Source of the DNA: an uncultured delta proteobacterium
GTDB taxonomy: Bacteria > Desulfobacterota > Desulfobacteria > Desulfobacterales > JAFDCJ01
Direction of reading: 5' to 3'
Length of the DNA: 64,000 bases
Assembly: GCA_963769935.1 (NCBI GenBank)
Contig: CAVYNY010000007.1
Span: 160,001 to 224,000, forward strand
This document shows, one piece after another, positions 59,729 through 64,000 of the stretch. Every line of letters begins with the position of its first letter. The first letter of the stretch is position 1. A program made the translations under genes and the position numbers. The notes under the pieces were generated by a model. That model was not told the origin of the DNA and searched no databases. It saw nothing but the letters and a program-made list of their open reading frames with translations.

Positions 59729-61366
59729 ATGAAAAAGCGCAGGGCCTACCTTTTAATTTCTGTGATCATCGTCATACTGGCCGCCTGTGCTATGACGGAG
59801 ACGGCAGAGACACCGCAACCCGAAGTGGCCGACAAAAGCCTGCTGCCGCACAAGGTCGCTATTCTGCCGTTTGTCAATCAAACCTCCAATCCGAAAGCTG
59901 CCGCAGTTATGCGACGGATGTTTTACAATTTCTTCAGTTCTCTGAATTACCTGGATGTGGAACCCTCTTTCATCGATGAGAAGCTGGCCGGGACCGATGT
60001 TTATCAAAAAATCACGGCCGGCGAAGCTGTTTCCCCCCAGCAGCTGGGCCAAATGCTGGGCGTCGATGCCGTCGTGTTCGGTGAGGTTCTCAGCCTCGGT
60101 AAAGTTTATGCAGTATTATATTCCGATACGGAGGCCAGCCTCAGGGCCCGGCTGGTCAGCTGTCAATCCGGCCAAACCATTTGGGAGCTTGAACATACAG
60201 CGCACCTCAGAGAAGGGGACGTACCCTTAAGCATTACCGGGCTGGCCGCGGCGATTATCAAGACGGCTATCAGCCATGAAATGGCTGATGTCATGCAGGC
60301 TGCTTCCAAGCTCTGTATGCAGATGATTGCCACCATTCCCGACCGGCCGGCGCTCGCTGAATCTCCGCCTCGGATCCAGGTGATGGTTCACAACGGCGCC
60401 GGTACGCTCCTGCGGCCGGGGAGTCTTTTGAAAGTGGTCATGGTCGGTGATGAAAAAATGGAAGCCAGCTGGAGTGTCCCGCCCTTGATTGAAAATCTTG
60501 CGATGAAAGAAGATGAACCGGGAGTCTATTTTGCCAGCTATCGCATTAAACCGCAGGATCGGCTGCCATACGGCCGGCTGGTAGGTCATCTGCGATCAAA
60601 AAAAGGGCTCCAGAGCCAATGGGTGGATATTTTGGGACCGATAACGATCGGTGAACCGACCGTGCTGCCGTCGGTCATCTCCGGGGACCAGGTACTGGAG
60701 TCTTCGCAGAGTCCCTATCTGGTGAAAGATGCGCTGGTGGTGCTGCCCGGTGCGAAGCTCACGATGAATCCCGGCACGGTTGTATGGTTCCGTCGCATGG
60801 GAATCGTTGTAAAGGGCGAACTGAATATTATGGGATCGGCAGACAACCCGGTTCACCTGGCGGGTATGGGTGATTCCGGCTGGAAAGGGATCCTGCTGGA
60901 TCAGAGCCGGTCGGACAATGTTTTATCCTTCGCAACGATATCCAATGCTGAATTCGGATTCAAAGCCGCCGGCTCCAATGTTAAATTTCAGCATTGCCTT
61001 CTGCAGGAAAATAAATGGGGAATCGTGCTTGACAATACGTCAGCCGAAATACATGACAGCCTTATCCGCACCTCTGAAAAAACAGGCATCTCCGCGCGTA
61101 CGTCTCAACTGCTGGTAAAAGGATCAACCATCTCAGAGAATGGTTTTGGCGGATTTTTACTGGAAAATTCAACGGCCCGGATCGAGCAGAACAATATTTC
61201 AAATAACGGCAGCTGGGCCATTAAGGTAGTTCAGAGCCCGGGCCCAGTCGGCGCGGCCAATAACTGGTGGGGGAACAAAAATTTTGACCCGGAAACAATG
61301 ATTATCGGACCGGTGAAAATTCAGCCCACCCTGGCTAAACCTCCCGCGATCCAGATGCTGGAGTAA
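59729..61366 (+). CDS. Lipoprotein: DUF799/GNA1162-like domain plus right-handed beta-helix
   Basis: Lipobox LAAC; VAILPF.N..LGVDAVVFG; SPYLV..LT..PG, parallel beta-helix repeats and NNWWG. Confidence 0.8.
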   Translation: MKKRRAYLLISVIIVILAACAMTETAETPQPEVADKSLLPHKVAILPFVNQTSNPKAAAVMRRMFYNFFSSLNYLDVEPSFIDEKLAGTDVYQKITAGEAVSPQQLGQMLGVDAVVFGEVLSLGKVYAVLYSDTEASLRARLVSCQSGQTIWELEHTAHLREGDVPLSITGLAAAIIKTAISHEMADVMQAASKLCMQMIATIPDRPALAESPPRIQVMVHNGAGTLLRPGSLLKVVMVGDEKMEASWSVPPLIENLAMKEDEPGVYFASYRIKPQDRLPYGRLVGHLRSKKGLQSQWVDILGPITIGEPTVLPSVISGDQVLESSQSPYLVKDALVVLPGAKLTMNPGTVVWFRRMGIVVKGELNIMGSADNPVHLAGMGDSGWKGILLDQSRSDNVLSFATISNAEFGFKAAGSNVKFQHCLLQENKWGIVLDNTSAEIHDSLIRTSEKTGISARTSQLLVKGSTISENGFGGFLLENSTARIEQNNISNNGSWAIKVVQSPGPVGAANNWWGNKNFDPETMIIGPVKIQPTLAKPPAIQMLE

Positions 61367-61457
61367 AGTATTCGAGCTCCACAATTTTTGCTCTAAAATT
61401 GAAAAACAGGTCCTCTGGGCTTGGATTCTTTACTTGAGCGCTTAACGGACAGAATAC

Positions 61458-62354
61458 TTAGGATTTGAAAAATTTGCCGAAAATTTTTTTAGCAACTTTA
61501 GGGGAAGCGGTGGTTTTGTTTTCAGCTGGCGGCGGGGTTTCCGGCGCCTGAGGAGGCACATCGGTTCTTTGCAATGGTGCGTCTTCAATTTCTGCCAGAC
61601 GGCCGGCGCCCAAAAACCGGAAGTTGGGTCCGTCGGCGCTCAGGGAGAGGCGACTTTCGGGCTGCAGTGCAGCTTGAGACGGCACGGGCGACCCATTGAT
61701 GGCAACCTGGTTTCGGCCGGTCAGATCTTTTACCCAATATTGTCCCTGATGGAAGAAAATCTGGGCGTGTTGCTCCAAAATACCGGGATGGTCGATGCTG
61801 AAATCACACGCCGGGTTCCGGCCGATGGTGACGGGCAGTTCCTTGAACGTACGCAGGGTCGGCCCATACTGAATGATCAGGGGCATCTTTGTTCTTTCGA
61901 TCTCCATTGCCGGAGCCGGCATCTCCGGCGGAGGCGGGGAAGGGGCCCGCGGAGTTTGAGGTTGAGAAGGCCGGGGCCGATTCATCCGGTCTGCTGGTAT
62001 TTCCGGAGTTTGCTGAAAATCCGCCGGTGATTCAGCAATTTTGGTCAGAAAACTGACTTTAGGCCCACCGTCGGCAAAAAGTAAAATATCGCCGTCTTTT
62101 AAGATTGCTTCGGTTATCCGTGTCCCGTTTAAAAACGTTCCGTTGGTGCTCTGATCAATTAATTTGAAACGATTGCCTTCCCTGACGATGCGAGCATGTT
62201 CGCGGGAAATGATGGCCAGATCTTTTGGGAAGCGCACATGGCAGGACGGCTGACGCCCGATGGATATTTCATTATCAGGAAATTCCTGAATTTCCCCCTT
62301 CATGGGACCCTGAATATGAACCAATTGCATAATAATGAGAGGTGCTTTTTTCAT
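61458..62354 (-). CDS. Cytoplasmic FHA-FHA protein with a Pro-rich linker
   Basis: IGR..ISREHA..STNGTFLNG. Second, degenerate FHA TIGR..ILEQHA. Confidence 0.88.
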   Translation of the reverse strand: MKKAPLIIMQLVHIQGPMKGEIQEFPDNEISIGRQPSCHVRFPKDLAIISREHARIVREGNRFKLIDQSTNGTFLNGTRITEAILKDGDILLFADGGPKVSFLTKIAESPADFQQTPEIPADRMNRPRPSQPQTPRAPSPPPPEMPAPAMEIERTKMPLIIQYGPTLRTFKELPVTIGRNPACDFSIDHPGILEQHAQIFFHQGQYWVKDLTGRNQVAINGSPVPSQAALQPESRLSLSADGPNFRFLGAGRLAEIEDAPLQRTDVPPQAPETPPPAENKTTASPKVAKKIFGKFFKS

Positions 62355-62518
62355 ATTCCCAATGATTCTCCATTTGGCTTGTCGGATTGAATGGCGCTTG
62401 CCTTTATCTGATAAAGTGCTTTAAAGTACCCCTCTCTGTCAAGAAAATAATGAAGAAGAGCTGACTGTCGGTCCCGTCCGGTCCGACAAATCATATAAAT
62501 ATTAACCCCAGGATTTAG

Positions 62519-63265
62519 GTGCAGATGACTATGCTGAACATTAATTTTGCTGGAAAAACCAACATCGGCCTCAAGCGAACCGCCAATGAGGACGTGTTTA
62601 TCATTGAAGGCCAACGGGGATTTTGCCTGGTAGCCGACGGTTTGGGTGGGGCCGCAGCTGGTGATGTAGCCAGCCGGTTTTTTGCCGAAGCAACGGCGGA
62701 AGTATTTCGGCAGGCCGCCGATTTGGATGAAGAAAATGTCGTCAAGCGAGTTCAGGAGTCTTTCCGCCTGGCCCATGATAAAATACGGGATCATATAAAG
62801 ATAAATCCCTTACACAATGGCATGGGGTGCACTGCCGAATTGTTGGCGTTTTCCGATCAAGGGTTTGTTGTCGGACATTTGGGGGACAGCCGGACATATC
62901 GTTTCAGAGACGGCCATTTGAAACAATTGACGCACGACCATTCCCTGGTTCAGGATCAACTTGACAAGGGGCTTATCGGCGAGGAAAAGGCCAGGCGGCA
63001 TCCCCTTAGAAACGTTATTCTCAAGGCAGTTGGTATCGAGGAGGATCTGGCCCTTGATTTGATCCGCGGGCGGACCTACCCCGAGGACCAATTCCTGCTC
63101 TGTTCGGATGGATTGACGGATATGGTCGAAGACGTTGCCATCGGCAAGGTCTTTAACTCACCGATCCCGGCCGGCAAAAAAGTAGACCAGCTCATTGATC
63201 TGGCGCTTGCCGGCGGCGGCAAGGACAATATAACCGTGGTTCTCATAGATATCAAAGGATCATGA
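62519..63265 (+). CDS. PP2C-family Ser/Thr phosphatase (Stp1/PppA-like)
   Basis: R..NED, VADGLGG, GDSR, DHS, LCSDGL and GGKDNIT. Confidence 0.95.
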   Translation: MQMTMLNINFAGKTNIGLKRTANEDVFIIEGQRGFCLVADGLGGAAAGDVASRFFAEATAEVFRQAADLDEENVVKRVQESFRLAHDKIRDHIKINPLHNGMGCTAELLAFSDQGFVVGHLGDSRTYRFRDGHLKQLTHDHSLVQDQLDKGLIGEEKARRHPLRNVILKAVGIEEDLALDLIRGRTYPEDQFLLCSDGLTDMVEDVAIGKVFNSPIPAGKKVDQLIDLALAGGGKDNITVVLIDIKGS

Positions 63266-63274
63266 GATTACTAA

Positions 63275-63566
63275 GTACATAGTTTCATAAATACGGTAAA
63301 CGTGTAATCTATTGAAGAGCTAACGACTATTGGATCTCACCACAAGGCACAAAGGACACGGAGTTAGATTTTCTTTTTGCCCATCGGGAGACCCGCCCGC
63401 CTCGCCTGAGCGAGAGCGATGGCGGGCAGGCGACGATGGGCAAAAAAGGTCTGACCCTTCGGTGATAATTCTAAGCCTTAATCCGCTGGCAATGGCCGTA
63501 CGCCTATTAAGCGGATGCTTTTCGTTTGCCGTTGTCTCCCGGCAATCGAAAAAAATTTCATCTCAG
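63275..63566. mobile_element. MITE-like element, right end missing
   Basis: TAA|GTACATAGTTTCATAAATACGGT left end as at 12730. Body nearly identical to 23417-23549. Confidence 0.7.
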
Positions 63567-63784
63567 GATAGCGGACGTTTACATTATTGGTTCTATTTAT
63601 CAAAATCCGACCAAGTTTCATTTAAATATTGATATACAGGATAAGATACCGCCAACTATCCAAGTCTTTATGTTCTGGCTATCATACAGAGCTTGGGTCG
63701 GTGAGCGAGGTTGGCACCTAATTCCAATCGCTGGCAGAATCCGAGGCTAAAACGAATAAGAGTTCCTAATCCAGACTCGCCGCT

Positions 63785-63985
63785 CTGCATGGTCTGAACC
63801 GGAAGGAAGCCGCTGGGCTTATGCGACCATTGGCTGAATCGCGCGGGTTCTTGGGCATGGACGTGACCATTTACAACCCAAACTTCGACCCGGACCGGCG
63901 CTATGCCGAGCAAATCATCAGCACTCTGGCTGATGTGTTGGCACCCCGCCCGTACCAGAACCATACAAGGAATGGTGCAGGATAG
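63785..63985 (+). pseudogene. C-terminal fragment of an arginase-family protein
   Basis: Translates to GLNRKEAAGLMRPL..GMDVTIYNPNFDPD, similar to an arginase C-terminus. No N-terminal part upstream. Confidence 0.55.
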
Positions 63986-64000
63986 CCTGTCGATTCAGGT

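Overview
This 64-kb bacterial window has three blocks. The style of its intergenic repeats and its gene content suggest a Desulfobacterales-like deltaproteobacterium (inference only). (1) 1-24.3 kb is the distal part of a type VI secretion locus. It holds tssF, tssG, clpV, two TPR-methyltransferases, a TssB-TssC fusion, an FHA-class III cyclase and a frameshifted vgrG. After these comes a DUF6484/DUF2169/ketoacyl-synthase-like/DUF4150-nuclease/DUF3396/TIGR02270 effector cassette. The block also contains an internally deleted ExoY/EF-like toxin remnant and a possible orphan effector pair. (2) 24.9-36.5 kb is a decaying accessory and defence patchwork: RES, two TIR proteins, HigBA, a patatin remnant next to a TRAF-binding-domain gene, MNT-HepT, a duplicated MFS, integron attC sites without an integrase, RAYT-transposase remnants and MITEs. 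(3) 36.7-63.3 kb holds an AlgI/AlgJ-like O-acetylation pair and then a ~21-kb cluster. That cluster has two Hanks-type Ser/Thr kinases, a PP2C phosphatase, three FHA proteins (one fused to a lytic transglycosylase), LysM/deacetylase lipoproteins, three CsgG-like proteins, a protease and beta-propeller/beta-helix lipoproteins. It is the best candidate for an undescribed phospho-threonine-controlled envelope machine. All family assignments come from recognising motifs by eye; no database searches were run.
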